The notes: generated by a model from the letters alone, not told the origin. A stretch of DNA of 64,000 nucleotides from an archaeon (GCA_020057295.1 JAGVGF010000001.1:32001-96000), one strand, 5' to 3'; shown: positions 22,201 through 31,758, counted from the stretch's first letter. Made by a program: numbers and translations.

Positions 22201-22522
22201 CTTTTTTAAGCTTTTATTAAATAACTTAGCAGGAATTGGATTAAGCTTAGCATATCTTTGGGGATGTTCTGATTATTCAGCACCTGTTGGTGAAGATGAA
22301 TATAATGTTATAGAAGCATCATTAAGAGGAGTCTTATGCGGTATATCTGGAGCCGCATTAAACGCTAAAGAAGTTTACAATTCATTCCACAATCCATTAT
22401 TACAATTTTGGAACAAAAATAAAGAAATTAAGCCAGATTATTGTCAAGGATTAGATTGGAGCGAAGGAACAAGTGGAGGTGAAGGTAGTGCATACTATGG
22501 CGCAGATGACTTCACGGAATAA
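19250..22522 (+). CDS. Giant secreted Cys-rich protein, paralog of 12035-16870
   Basis: Signal peptide; shared motifs DLSNVNSNPA, INCTVSARV, CMPAILFN..KQINCLYMSCL; hydrophobic Gly-rich helices. Confidence 0.8.
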   Translation: MKRLDDMLRLKNFIRYFAIFSIYLIISLTFITAQALAVLTYDVKGDAGTAGFVHGKDSLGFGDNIEVNVKADVPNVSFVTASNDEIPLSCSNNGNISDCVYYFPQSDIPSGISHVQFKLRQAAPGLPSLINGEFYIDTYSPTGTINAVKSSNGLLVSYTTQDYLTNTGESGCQGSGIGHVEVIVQGSIKYSRDITTKNCTVNDTFYVNMTNRNDDKVFYSMKILDRAGNEYNTEQQNISGDFRAPLITGPFKIMQGLTELSSFSSSADVTANIVFTIDDRNLNDSTVYGDLSNVNSNPAVSYGYKNVKASCNKDNSQTSYICTFSNIIIRPSNSTLRIMVNATDTDENTMSTFLNSKILTLKDNAGQVLYLGPDTTQCTTDLSRCFTKSGRNLFYIELDGTSSFNRTLLNLGVDGEKRFAICRFNDPIWKCAAVSDVQNTSSSINLYMAESYDDFGNAVITSLERNIDVDDIAPENITVLTVANSNNNINCSVSGDTLSIKLKVKEANPEIKIFVNTSTFTTKPVQTGTCTLTGTSWDCVLNIKDFVSTPTNIVENIVLKDLAGNTRSIPFTFNVCQSSTTATPDVISSVTQNSIPSIDRRTASYMPVKVYIPVTINNDPSSTLMYLTVDRCVGGNIGNNLDFMKGSGNYFFPKYGSSSQLVLSVGYSGAIMPEGSVDINCTVSARVRVGGTVFLRDEKETFTVKVNAFNNPLGTPDSTTISELQAVKAQLRDIEATEKKYADITGFFDTICGIAELLGTINSVVQAIRGVIWGVLVVLTSTQILKTGAEGIWKAINPSLGGFHRIIENYVWPTGMLNFNFGMLLKGVCFVYTCKHLDFGSYLNVGLEFGGGANPFSKSLGHTGGNLGNYQYMGKDSFLDSDVSYNIGGANAERMVNGINAHQWLVNPYRSTHYDDTCMPAILFNTRKEKQINCLYMSCLQNNVKAGLPVTVCKRQKAIDSCLYLESAEYKLTGDSAFEEMWKNFFKLLLNNLAGIGLSLAYLWGCSDYSAPVGEDEYNVIEASLRGVLCGISGAALNAKEVYNSFHNPLLQFWNKNKEIKPDYCQGLDWSEGTSGGEGSAYYGADDFTE

Positions 22523-23105
22523 AATAATATTATTATCTATATTATTATGTATATCTCTAGATTTAACACTAGCTGCCGATCCAACTCCTGTATCGAGGCA
22601 AAATGTTTGGGACAGGCAAAATTTGGGTGCACAAAACATATTTTTTACTAACTGGGGAAGATATAATAGATACACAGATATAATCGCTAATGAGCAACTA
22701 TTTTATCCTGTAGAACCTTGGGAGATTGAAGTTTGCACTAAAGATTTAAGCAGCGATGTTACTTTGAATCTTGGAGACGCAACACCTTCAGGTTTATCTA
22801 ACGGAGCATTATACAGTGATATTGCTACGGTGCAAGCATATAGAAGAACACCACTCAACGCCACGATAGATAATAAATATTTGTATGAAATATCATGGTA
22901 TTTTCATCCACAATCAGCAAACATGTTTTATTACATAAATATAACAGGACCAAGTGGCGAGGAAGTTGTTATAGATAAAGGAAGAGCAACATCAAGGGCA
23001 GGGGATTTTAGTTATAAAGCATTGTACTCTAACAGTACGTATAATAAAGTAAAAATAAAATATAAGAATAGCGTCATTGATAATATACCAATAATAATAA
23101 AATGA
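22497..23105 (+). CDS. Secreted hypothetical protein resembling the C-terminal domain of 12035-16870
   Basis: Signal-like IILLSILLCISLDLTLA; overlaps both neighbours; start uncertain (22473/22488/22497/22506). Confidence 0.7.
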   Translation: MAQMTSRNKIILLSILLCISLDLTLAADPTPVSRQNVWDRQNLGAQNIFFTNWGRYNRYTDIIANEQLFYPVEPWEIEVCTKDLSSDVTLNLGDATPSGLSNGALYSDIATVQAYRRTPLNATIDNKYLYEISWYFHPQSANMFYYINITGPSGEEVVIDKGRATSRAGDFSYKALYSNSTYNKVKIKYKNSVIDNIPIIIK

Positions 23106-23890
23106 AAAAATATGCTAATATACAACTAGAATCGTTGAAGTGTAGTTTGAAGTTTGATAAGATTAGTTTAAAATTAATATTGATTGACATACTCTTTATA
23201 ATATCTCTATTAGCATCATACGTTTTAATATACTTTTTATGGTCTAGAGTGTTGTTCTCTGCTTTTAGAGAATCTGGAGTAATAAACACAGTTCAAGCAT
23301 TAACTTTTACCGCCCTGCCTAGCACTCAAGCGACGCACATACAACAAAATTTTATTATAGGATTACTTTGCGTCGTGTTATTAAGCATAATATTATATCT
23401 ATTATTAATTAGTTTGTTTAGCAGTTATGGATCATCAGTATTGAACAACACAAAATACACTCTAAAATATTTCAAAAATACATTTTATATTTATACTTTA
23501 CTTACTATCTTATATTTATTTTTTATAATATTCTTATTTATCATATCAAAAAACATAATGTTACTCGCTTATGGTGTAATCTTTTTTACATTAATATACG
23601 CTTATTTTATGGTTGTATATTACTTTTTTTTAACCGATAAACATTCATTAATGATATTATTAGATAAGGGATTTAAGCATGCTGTAAGATTTCATTATAT
23701 GATAGTTCCCATAATTATTGCATTATTATGGTTAATTATATTCCCAGCAATACCTTATTTATTATTAAAAAATTATTTAATGCTTTTTATACCATTAACT
23801 TATTTGGTGTTATTATATTTTAGTCAATGGATAAAAAAATATTTGCACGAATTATTCATCAGAATAGATAAAGAATTAGAAAAAGTATAA
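23102..23890 (+). CDS. Polytopic membrane protein (~6 TM)
   Basis: Multiple long hydrophobic segments; 4-bp overlap with the upstream gene. Confidence 0.75.
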   Translation: MKKYANIQLESLKCSLKFDKISLKLILIDILFIISLLASYVLIYFLWSRVLFSAFRESGVINTVQALTFTALPSTQATHIQQNFIIGLLCVVLLSIILYLLLISLFSSYGSSVLNNTKYTLKYFKNTFYIYTLLTILYLFFIIFLFIISKNIMLLAYGVIFFTLIYAYFMVVYYFFLTDKHSLMILLDKGFKHAVRFHYMIVPIIIALLWLIIFPAIPYLLLKNYLMLFIPLTYLVLLYFSQWIKKYLHELFIRIDKELEKV

Positions 23891-23916
23891 TTTATTTTTG
23901 AATATTAATTTGATGT

Positions 23917-26244
23917 ATGGTGTATACTATGAGTAATAAAAGAGGTCAAGTAACAATATTTGTGATAATAGGAATATTAATAGTTCTAATTATAGGGCTC
24001 GGAATATATACTGCCACAAGGGTTACGGAAGAAAAAGTTATAATACCTCAATTACAGGGTGATGCTGGTCCAATACAGTTATATATAGAAGCATGTCTGA
24101 ACGAGGTAGGAACGCAAGGATTAAATGAATTAGGAATGCATGGAGGATACATTTATCCAACAAGTCCAGAATATACAGGAACCAGATTAATTTATGATCC
24201 TTACGAACCATCGGAATCAGATGGAACACAACTAGATATTAAAAATTTGAATAGTTCAATACCTTATTGGTATTATTTTAAATCTGAACAGCAGTGTTGG
24301 CACTGTCAATTTAATACAAACATGCCTACATTGAATTCTATGGAGCAACAATTAAATAAGTATATTAACAAAAATCTAGGATTATGCCTTAAAAATTTTT
24401 CATCGTTTGAAGATCAAGGTTATATTATAAAAGAATTAAATTCAGTATCTGCGGATACAAAAATTGCTGAATCTACCGTAAATTTTATGATAAATTATTC
24501 TATAGAAATAACTCGCAATAGAGAATTAACAAAGGCAGATTTATTTTATAAAGAAGTAAATATTCCATTAAAAAAATATTATACTATTGCTCGGAATATT
24601 ACTGCACTACAAGCAAATACGGGTTTTTTGGATGCATTCACGCTTTACTTAATCGGGCAATATTCCGGATTAGATTTTAAGAAACTTCCTCCAATAGGTG
24701 AATATAGTAGTGGTTATACTACGATATTTTGGTCAAAAACCAGTACTAAAATGAATTTTGAATCATTATTAATATCAAATATACCTTTATTCAGAATAAA
24801 CGGGACTTCAAATAACTTTAATATAACAAGAGTTCCTAGAACGAGTGTTGCTGGAAGAATGTATGCGGGAATGATATTGCATTTGATGAATATTCAAGAA
24901 CAAAAAGATTTAAACTTAGATACAAAAGAAGTAAACTTCATTTATTTAGGACAACCAACATATATGAATATTAATCCGAGTGATGGCGAATTAGTCAGTC
25001 CATCTGTAAGTGGAAAAAATATGGGAGATTTGGGTTCAACAACAGGAGGATTAATGTCTGGAGTAAAACCGGACCAATACTACAATTTCTTTTATGATAT
25101 ATCATATCCGGTAATAGTAACTATACAAGATAATACTCCGGGCAAAGAATATGTATTTGTCTTTGCTGTGCAAGCTAATTTAAAACAAAATAAGAGAATG
25201 AGAGATTGGATAGAAGGTAATGGTACAATAGATTGGTCTAGAGATTATGTTAAGATGAATATCAATGATCCTTCTGGTGGAGCCACATTATACGATCCTA
25301 TTAGTGGAGAAAATTATACTTTTACTCAATCAGGACCAACGAAGAAATTCTTCTGTAACTCTGATCAGAAACTTTCTGGTGAGATAAAATTAAGAACTTA
25401 TGATTCAATAACTTCACAATCATTAAACGAAGTAACTGTAACTCATAATTGTGGAAATTATGCTAGTTGCTATTTAGGCATATCGCAATACAATTCTACA
25501 TTTGATGAATCAATATTTTCTGATAAAATGCCATTGTGCGCTGGAGGATATTTGTTACTAGAAAAACCAGACTATCTTCCAAAGAGAATACCTTTAACAA
25601 CAAATTATGAGGAAAATAATAATTTAGGCGCAGTATATTTAGAACCTATATTTACAAAGAATGTTACATTAAAAAAATTTATGATACAGCGTGATTATAA
25701 GAATATAGGCCCAGCAACGGTTGCTGTAGGATACAAAATGTCGAATAGTTTTGAAGAATTAGGAAAAAATGATACGGTTGTATTAAGATTAACAAGAGTG
25801 ATAAATGATGTTATGGACACTCCATGGTCACAAACAATCATATTTGGAAAAGATGCTATGAATAATAAAACTCAGTTGATGCTTCCGGCCGGAAGATATG
25901 ATATAGATGCTCAATTAATGGATTATAATGGTGTTGTTATACCAAAAGAATGCAAGGCAGTATGTGTTGATGATAGTGGGTGGCAGATAATAACAGGATG
26001 TACAGAATATGACTACATTCCACCAGAGGATATACATATAGATGTTGCTATGTGGGGAGGAATATCATTTAAGAATACAACCCAAATATTTATTTCAGAA
26101 AACGATTTGATGAGTAATAAAACTTTAGAGTTCTATATTGTTAGAATGCCTAATCCTAGATGTTTAGACGATATGAATGAACCACAAATGACAGGATACT
26201 TTGCAAACAAATATAGGAATATATTAAGTCCTAAATTTGTATAG
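23917..26244 (+). CDS. Large class III signal peptide (prepilin-like) protein
   Basis: SNKRG|QVTIFVIIGILIVLIIGL; YIEACL..LGMHGGYI..IPYWYY..SMEQQLNKYI; paralog of 16873-19236. Confidence 0.8.
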   Translation: MVYTMSNKRGQVTIFVIIGILIVLIIGLGIYTATRVTEEKVIIPQLQGDAGPIQLYIEACLNEVGTQGLNELGMHGGYIYPTSPEYTGTRLIYDPYEPSESDGTQLDIKNLNSSIPYWYYFKSEQQCWHCQFNTNMPTLNSMEQQLNKYINKNLGLCLKNFSSFEDQGYIIKELNSVSADTKIAESTVNFMINYSIEITRNRELTKADLFYKEVNIPLKKYYTIARNITALQANTGFLDAFTLYLIGQYSGLDFKKLPPIGEYSSGYTTIFWSKTSTKMNFESLLISNIPLFRINGTSNNFNITRVPRTSVAGRMYAGMILHLMNIQEQKDLNLDTKEVNFIYLGQPTYMNINPSDGELVSPSVSGKNMGDLGSTTGGLMSGVKPDQYYNFFYDISYPVIVTIQDNTPGKEYVFVFAVQANLKQNKRMRDWIEGNGTIDWSRDYVKMNINDPSGGATLYDPISGENYTFTQSGPTKKFFCNSDQKLSGEIKLRTYDSITSQSLNEVTVTHNCGNYASCYLGISQYNSTFDESIFSDKMPLCAGGYLLLEKPDYLPKRIPLTTNYEENNNLGAVYLEPIFTKNVTLKKFMIQRDYKNIGPATVAVGYKMSNSFEELGKNDTVVLRLTRVINDVMDTPWSQTIIFGKDAMNNKTQLMLPAGRYDIDAQLMDYNGVVIPKECKAVCVDDSGWQIITGCTEYDYIPPEDIHIDVAMWGGISFKNTTQIFISENDLMSNKTLEFYIVRMPNPRCLDDMNEPQMTGYFANKYRNILSPKFV

Positions 26245-26300
26245 GTTCTAGAATAAATTTATTATAGATTTTTTTATCGTTATCTTAGAATTTTAATTTT

Positions 26301-27617
26301 CTATCCGCTGCTGTTAGTTTCATTTCCAGTATTTATTATATCCATGATGGTTACTGGTTCTGTGTATACTTGTTCGTATGTTGGTACTGTTGGATTACTA
26401 TTGTAAACGTTTGGATTGAATTGTTTACTTAATTCTAATATCTTTTCCGTATTATTTTCTTTATAGTATTTGTTCATTAACTGTACTATTCGTAATTGAT
26501 TGCAGAATTCTTTACTACTATTATCTGAGATTTTATCACATACATCAACATTGCCTTTCATTACAAATGCTAGATAACAATTATCTTTATATGTTGCTCC
26601 TGTAATCCTGTCACAATAATATATTTGTTGACTACTATCTGCAACTACACTATAACATATATCTTTTTGATCATTAACAAGTCTTGCACAATTAGCTGAG
26701 GCAATTTCTCCATTAGTTTGAGCTATTTGTCTAACATTAATTAATACATCACCAAATGTTTGACTAGTATTACGTGTCACTGTTCCTCCTGGTTTTGTTC
26801 CAGTTCCAGGATTTTGATTATTTGCTGGAGGAACGTATGTTATTGGTTTCTTTTCAGTAACTTTCTGTACAACTTCAAATTCAGCACTACTCTTAGCCTG
26901 CTTATTACTTCCATAATCTGCTATAGCTCTAAGATAATATTTACCCGGCTTAATATTTTGAGGTAATTGTATAGTTCTCGTAACACTTGCTGTTGTTTGT
27001 ACAGCAATAGTTTCTTCCTTACGTGTAATTATACTATCAGCATCATCTACAACCAAATATTTTATTGTGGCATCAAATCTAGATTCAGAACCCATATTAG
27101 TAATGTGCAATTGATATGAAACGGTTTCACCAGCCATAAACGAGTAAGCATTGGTATTTATAGCAATATCAAGCAATGATTCCTTAGTGCTGAACATGTT
27201 AAGATTAAATAGTCCAAAAACTACTACTGCAACAATAAATATTGAAGCTACGATACCAATAATAGTTCCCTTAGAGATGTTAACTTCGTGTTTAACATTT
27301 ATATTTACATTATTTAAGTCAGAAACAACTTTATTAACAATATTAGGACTAAAACCTTGACTAACTAAGGCATTCTTAATCAAATCAATATTATATCCAC
27401 TATTTAACTGAGTCTGAATATAATTGCGTAATTGTAATTCTAGAGCAGGATTAATAACTAAATTAGATCCGGTATTAGAATTAATATAGTTTATAGCGTC
27501 ATCAATATCTTTTTCAGAAATATTATTAGCTAATAAGAACTGTTTAATCTTATCTATACTATAACCTTGACTAATGTAATGCTGAATATAATCAACAACT
27601 TTAGGATTAATAACCAC
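26301..27617 (-). CDS. Single-pass membrane protein: two cytoplasmic small helical repeats, TM, Ig-like domain, Cys-rich helical repeats
   Basis: YIQHYISQGYSIDKIK / YIQTQLNSGYNIDLIK repeat; TM IIGIVASIFIVAVVVFGL; C..I....KD.CY repeats. Confidence 0.75.
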   Translation of the reverse strand: MVINPKVVDYIQHYISQGYSIDKIKQFLLANNISEKDIDDAINYINSNTGSNLVINPALELQLRNYIQTQLNSGYNIDLIKNALVSQGFSPNIVNKVVSDLNNVNINVKHEVNISKGTIIGIVASIFIVAVVVFGLFNLNMFSTKESLLDIAINTNAYSFMAGETVSYQLHITNMGSESRFDATIKYLVVDDADSIITRKEETIAVQTTASVTRTIQLPQNIKPGKYYLRAIADYGSNKQAKSSAEFEVVQKVTEKKPITYVPPANNQNPGTGTKPGGTVTRNTSQTFGDVLINVRQIAQTNGEIASANCARLVNDQKDICYSVVADSSQQIYYCDRITGATYKDNCYLAFVMKGNVDVCDKISDNSSKEFCNQLRIVQLMNKYYKENNTEKILELSKQFNPNVYNSNPTVPTYEQVYTEPVTIMDIINTGNETNSSG

Positions 27618-27781
27618 TCACCCAGTATTTCATAGAATCAAGTATTTTTAAAGGTAATGATTCTATTCATAATACTTATTCTATTAATATTTTTGCAAGT
27701 GTTATGACTATGGAGTCAAAAGGGTAAAATTTAAATATGACGTTAAATAAGAACGTATAATTAAGATTAAAGGTGATGTTT

Positions 27782-28435
27782 ATGGCTGATGATGATAAAA
27801 AAGTTTACGAGAAGACATACAATAGCATACTAGGCGCGATACCAGTAGACAAACATATAGAAATGAATGAAATGTATGATGCAGCAAGAATAGAGGCATT
27901 AAGTGTTCTAAAAGGTAAGAGAATAAAAGATTATGATCAGGGAATAAATGTTCTAGCAGATGCATTAATAAAATTCAGAAAGAGTTCTAAACATCCAAAC
28001 GTAAGTGAAGATAAAAATGATAGACACCATTACACATCACATGTTAGAGAATTTTTACAGCAGTATGCTAAAGAAAAAGGAATGGATGAAGAAGCTGTAG
28101 AAAAGATGTTTAAGAAAGGAAAACTTAGAGAAGTATTAGAAGTGATGATGGAGTCAGAACAACAATCGGTATTAGAATCAAAAATAGATCATGCAATAAG
28201 AGATATACTAAAACGTGATGAGAGTGTTGTTAAGGGTATAGCAGAATACCATTTAGAAAAGAATCCACATCTAAAGAGTGCATTAAGTAAATACAAGCAA
28301 AACCAGCTAAAAACAAACTACAACTTCCTACTATCAAGCTTGACGCAGCATTACAAACAAAGTATAGAAAATGCTTTAAATGAGTATAAAGTTCCAGATA
28401 AGAAGGAAGATGATAAAGAAGCCAAAAAGAAATAA
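27782..28435 (+). CDS. Hypothetical helical protein
   Basis: Long ORF with AGGTGA SD. Confidence 0.7.
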   Translation: MADDDKKVYEKTYNSILGAIPVDKHIEMNEMYDAARIEALSVLKGKRIKDYDQGINVLADALIKFRKSSKHPNVSEDKNDRHHYTSHVREFLQQYAKEKGMDEEAVEKMFKKGKLREVLEVMMESEQQSVLESKIDHAIRDILKRDESVVKGIAEYHLEKNPHLKSALSKYKQNQLKTNYNFLLSSLTQHYKQSIENALNEYKVPDKKEDDKEAKKK

Positions 28436-28549
28436 TTCTCTTTTTTATTAATTTTTTATACTTATACAGCTTTTATCTTTATTATTTTAAATCAATAGAT
28501 TTATAAATAATTCTCTTTTAATTAATTTTAGTTTACAGTGGGTGATACT

Positions 28550-30430
28550 ATGGCTAAGAAGAGGGATAAAGTTGTTAAAGATTATTCTAAAGAATATAAA
28601 AATAATGTTCCAGCACCAATAGGTTTAGATGCACAATTGCCAGCAGACATGCCTGAAGAGGCAAAGAAAAAGTTAACTGAAATAAAAGATAAATTAGATA
28701 GATTTCAAAAAAAAGTATTAGATAAATTTTCAGATTATGTTCTCGGAATTTCGTTACTTCCACCACCAAAACCGGAAGTAAATCCAGAAACAGGTAAGGA
28801 AATACCTGTGGATAAAAATAAGATATACTTATTAGCATTAGTTGATGATAGTGATAGTAAAAAGATGTCTAAAGAAGAGTTAAAAGAGAAATTATCAACA
28901 ATAATGCAATCAATGGCAGAAGAGATAGATAAGAGATTAGCTATCGAAACACTATTATTAACAGAACTATGGCAATCATGTTATGATGGAAAATATGATT
29001 ACTTACAAGCAATAGCGATGAGCATGCCAGTATATGATAAAGGAATGATGGCCGCAATAAAAATTGCAGAAGTACATAAGACAATGGTACTAAAAAAATT
29101 CGAGAAATATATTGTATGTTATGTAATGGGCGGGTCATTAATTCAGGGCAAGGCTACAGCAAAGTCAGATATAGATGTATTTATCGTAATAGATGATACT
29201 GATGTTAAAAAGATGACCAGAGCAGAATTAAAAGATAAGTTAAGAGCAATAATTATAGGAATGGGAATTGATGCTGGAAAAATGACAGGTATAGAAAATA
29301 AGATCAATATTCAAGTATACATTTTGACAGATTTTTGGGATTCAGTAAAAGAAGCTAATCCTGTAATATTCACATTCTTAAGAGATGGAGTCCCATTCTA
29401 TGATCGTGGAATATTTATGCCATGGAAACAATTACTACAAATGGGCAGAGTAAAACCATCACAGGAAGCAATAGACATGTTCATGCATTCAGGAGATCAA
29501 ATCCTAGAACGAGTTAGCTTTAAATTAACAGAAATAGCAACAGAAGACTTCTTTTGGGCAACATTAACTCCTACACAAGCAGCAATAATGTTATATGGCC
29601 TACCTCCACCAACACCAAAGGAAACACCAGAAATGTTAAGAGAGATATTCGTAAAAAAAGAGAAGATGTTGGAAGAAGAGTATGTTACAATACTAGAGAG
29701 AATACTAAAAATACGAAAAGACATAGAGCATGGTGATAAAAAGTTTGCTACGGGTAAAGAAGTAGACTCGTTAGTTGAAGATTCTAAAAAATATTTGAAG
29801 AGATTAAATGAATTATTCAAACAAATTGAAAAATTAAAAGAAGAAGAAACAATAGTTCACAATTATGAAGGTGTAGTAACCATTGTTAGAGATATACTAA
29901 AAATGGAAGGCAGAGAAAAAGTTTCTGACTTAGACATGATAAAAATATTTGAGTCCGAAGTTGTACACAAAGGTTTAATGCCAGAAAAATATTTAAGAAT
30001 GTTACGAGATATAACAAAAGCGAAAAAGGATTATGATGCTAAAAAATTAAGCAAGACAGAAGTGTATCAAGTAAATAAGGATGCCAGAGAATTAATAAAA
30101 TTCTTAGTAGAATATATCCAAAGAAAACGTGGCAGGGAACTAGAAAAGGTAAAAATCAGGGTAAAACACGGCAACAGGTTTGGAGAGATAATCTTACTAA
30201 ATAAGACTGCATTCATAATACATGACATTGATAATGAAGATAAAGAGATAAGTAAGGCCACAGTTACATCTGAAGGCAGATTAACAGACATTAAAGAAAG
30301 TTCATTAGAAGAGCTTGAAAAGGCCATAGCAAGTACGGATATTGTACAGAAGACATTTATTAAAGAAGTAATATTTGAGCAATTAAAAGGAATATTCGGT
30401 AAAGATGTAGAGATATTGATAAATTATTGA
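28550..30430 (+). CDS. Nucleotidyltransferase (MNT) / HEPN-like multidomain protein
   Basis: GGSLIQGKATAKSDIDVFIVIDD (pol-beta NTase), preceded by a degenerate copy of the domain; helical HEPN-like region with RKDIEH; GGTGA SD. Confidence 0.8.
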   Translation: MAKKRDKVVKDYSKEYKNNVPAPIGLDAQLPADMPEEAKKKLTEIKDKLDRFQKKVLDKFSDYVLGISLLPPPKPEVNPETGKEIPVDKNKIYLLALVDDSDSKKMSKEELKEKLSTIMQSMAEEIDKRLAIETLLLTELWQSCYDGKYDYLQAIAMSMPVYDKGMMAAIKIAEVHKTMVLKKFEKYIVCYVMGGSLIQGKATAKSDIDVFIVIDDTDVKKMTRAELKDKLRAIIIGMGIDAGKMTGIENKINIQVYILTDFWDSVKEANPVIFTFLRDGVPFYDRGIFMPWKQLLQMGRVKPSQEAIDMFMHSGDQILERVSFKLTEIATEDFFWATLTPTQAAIMLYGLPPPTPKETPEMLREIFVKKEKMLEEEYVTILERILKIRKDIEHGDKKFATGKEVDSLVEDSKKYLKRLNELFKQIEKLKEEETIVHNYEGVVTIVRDILKMEGREKVSDLDMIKIFESEVVHKGLMPEKYLRMLRDITKAKKDYDAKKLSKTEVYQVNKDARELIKFLVEYIQRKRGRELEKVKIRVKHGNRFGEIILLNKTAFIIHDIDNEDKEISKATVTSEGRLTDIKESSLEELEKAIASTDIVQKTFIKEVIFEQLKGIFGKDVEILINY

Positions 30431-30514
30431 TTTAGAGAATGTGAAAATAGCGTAAAAAGCTATATTTAATAACATTTTTAAAGAATATTAAAATGCTAAT
30501 ATTGGTGATTGATA

Positions 30515-31033
30515 ATGCAAACAGGTTATAAAGTAGTAGACATAATGACTAATAAACCAATAGTTGCAAGTAGAGATATGACTTTAAAAGATGCAGCAGA
30601 ATTGATGGCTGGAGAAAATGTTAATAGTTTACTAATAGTAGAAAATAATGAACCTGTAGGAATAGTAACTGATGAAGATGTAGTAAGAAAATGTGTAGCA
30701 AAAGGTTTAGATTCTAAAAAATTAAAATTAAAAGATATATTATCATCAAATTTAATGACAATAACGCCAGAAAAAGACGTATATGATGCATTAATATTAA
30801 TGCGTGATAACAATATAAGACAATTACCAGTAGTCAATAAGAAGAAACTTGAAGGATTCTTAACATTAAAAGATATTTTAAAAATACAGCCAGAATTAAT
30901 AGATTTAGTGGCAGAAAAATACGAAGTAAGAGAAGAATCTAGAAAGATGCAGGAAATAGAAAAATTAGCAGATGATGATGGTTCATATGGATTCTTCAGT
31001 AAACTAAAATTACGTAAAGGAAAGAAGCGTTAA
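30515..31033 (+). CDS. CBS-domain pair protein
   Basis: VVDIMTNKPI..AAELM..VGIVTDEDV..IRQLPVV..GFLTLKDI. Confidence 0.93.
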   Translation: MQTGYKVVDIMTNKPIVASRDMTLKDAAELMAGENVNSLLIVENNEPVGIVTDEDVVRKCVAKGLDSKKLKLKDILSSNLMTITPEKDVYDALILMRDNNIRQLPVVNKKKLEGFLTLKDILKIQPELIDLVAEKYEVREESRKMQEIEKLADDDGSYGFFSKLKLRKGKKR

Positions 31034-31042
31034 AGGTATAAC

Positions 31043-31738
31043 ATGAACACTGCTAAACATGTAGCAATAATTCTTGATGGAAACAGAAGATTCGCTCAGA
31101 AGTTAATGTTAGAACCATGGAAAGGACACGAGTATGGTGTACAAAAAGTTGAAGAATTACTGGAATGGTCAAAAGATTTAGGAATAATAGAGTTAACATT
31201 ATACACATTCTCCATACAAAATTTTAATAGGCCAAAACAAGAGTTTGACTACTTAATGAATCTAATAAAAGATGCATTCAATAAATTCTATAATGATCCA
31301 AGAATAGAAGAATATAGCATTAAAGTTAATGTTGTGGGAAGATATACTTTGTTTCCTAAGGATGTAGTTGAGGCAATTGATAGAATCATTGAAAAAACAA
31401 AAAATAACAATAAATTCATAATAAATTTTGCACTTGCATATGGTGGAAGAGAAGAATTAACAGATGCAATGAAGAGAATAGCACAAGAAGTTCAAAATGG
31501 GACTATAGAACCTGAAAAAATCACTGAAAAAACAGTAGAAGAACATCTGTATATATCATCGGAGCCGGATATAATATTAAGAACTGGTGGAGAAAAGAGG
31601 TTGAGTAATTTTTTAATGTGGCAATCATCATATACAGAGTTATTTTTTATAGATAAAGCATGGCCAGAATTCACTAAAGAAGACTTAATTAATGTTTTAA
31701 AAGAATTTGAACAGCGTGGAAGAAGATTTGGAAAATAG
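31043..31738 (+). CDS. uppS: cis-prenyltransferase (undecaprenyl diphosphate synthase family)
   Basis: HVAIILDGNRRFA, LYTFSIQNFNRP, YGGREE, PDIILRTGGEKRLSNFLMWQSSY. Confidence 0.97.
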   Translation: MNTAKHVAIILDGNRRFAQKLMLEPWKGHEYGVQKVEELLEWSKDLGIIELTLYTFSIQNFNRPKQEFDYLMNLIKDAFNKFYNDPRIEEYSIKVNVVGRYTLFPKDVVEAIDRIIEKTKNNNKFIINFALAYGGREELTDAMKRIAQEVQNGTIEPEKITEKTVEEHLYISSEPDIILRTGGEKRLSNFLMWQSSYTELFFIDKAWPEFTKEDLINVLKEFEQRGRRFGK

Positions 31739-31758
31739 ATTCATCTAGATTTGATTAA

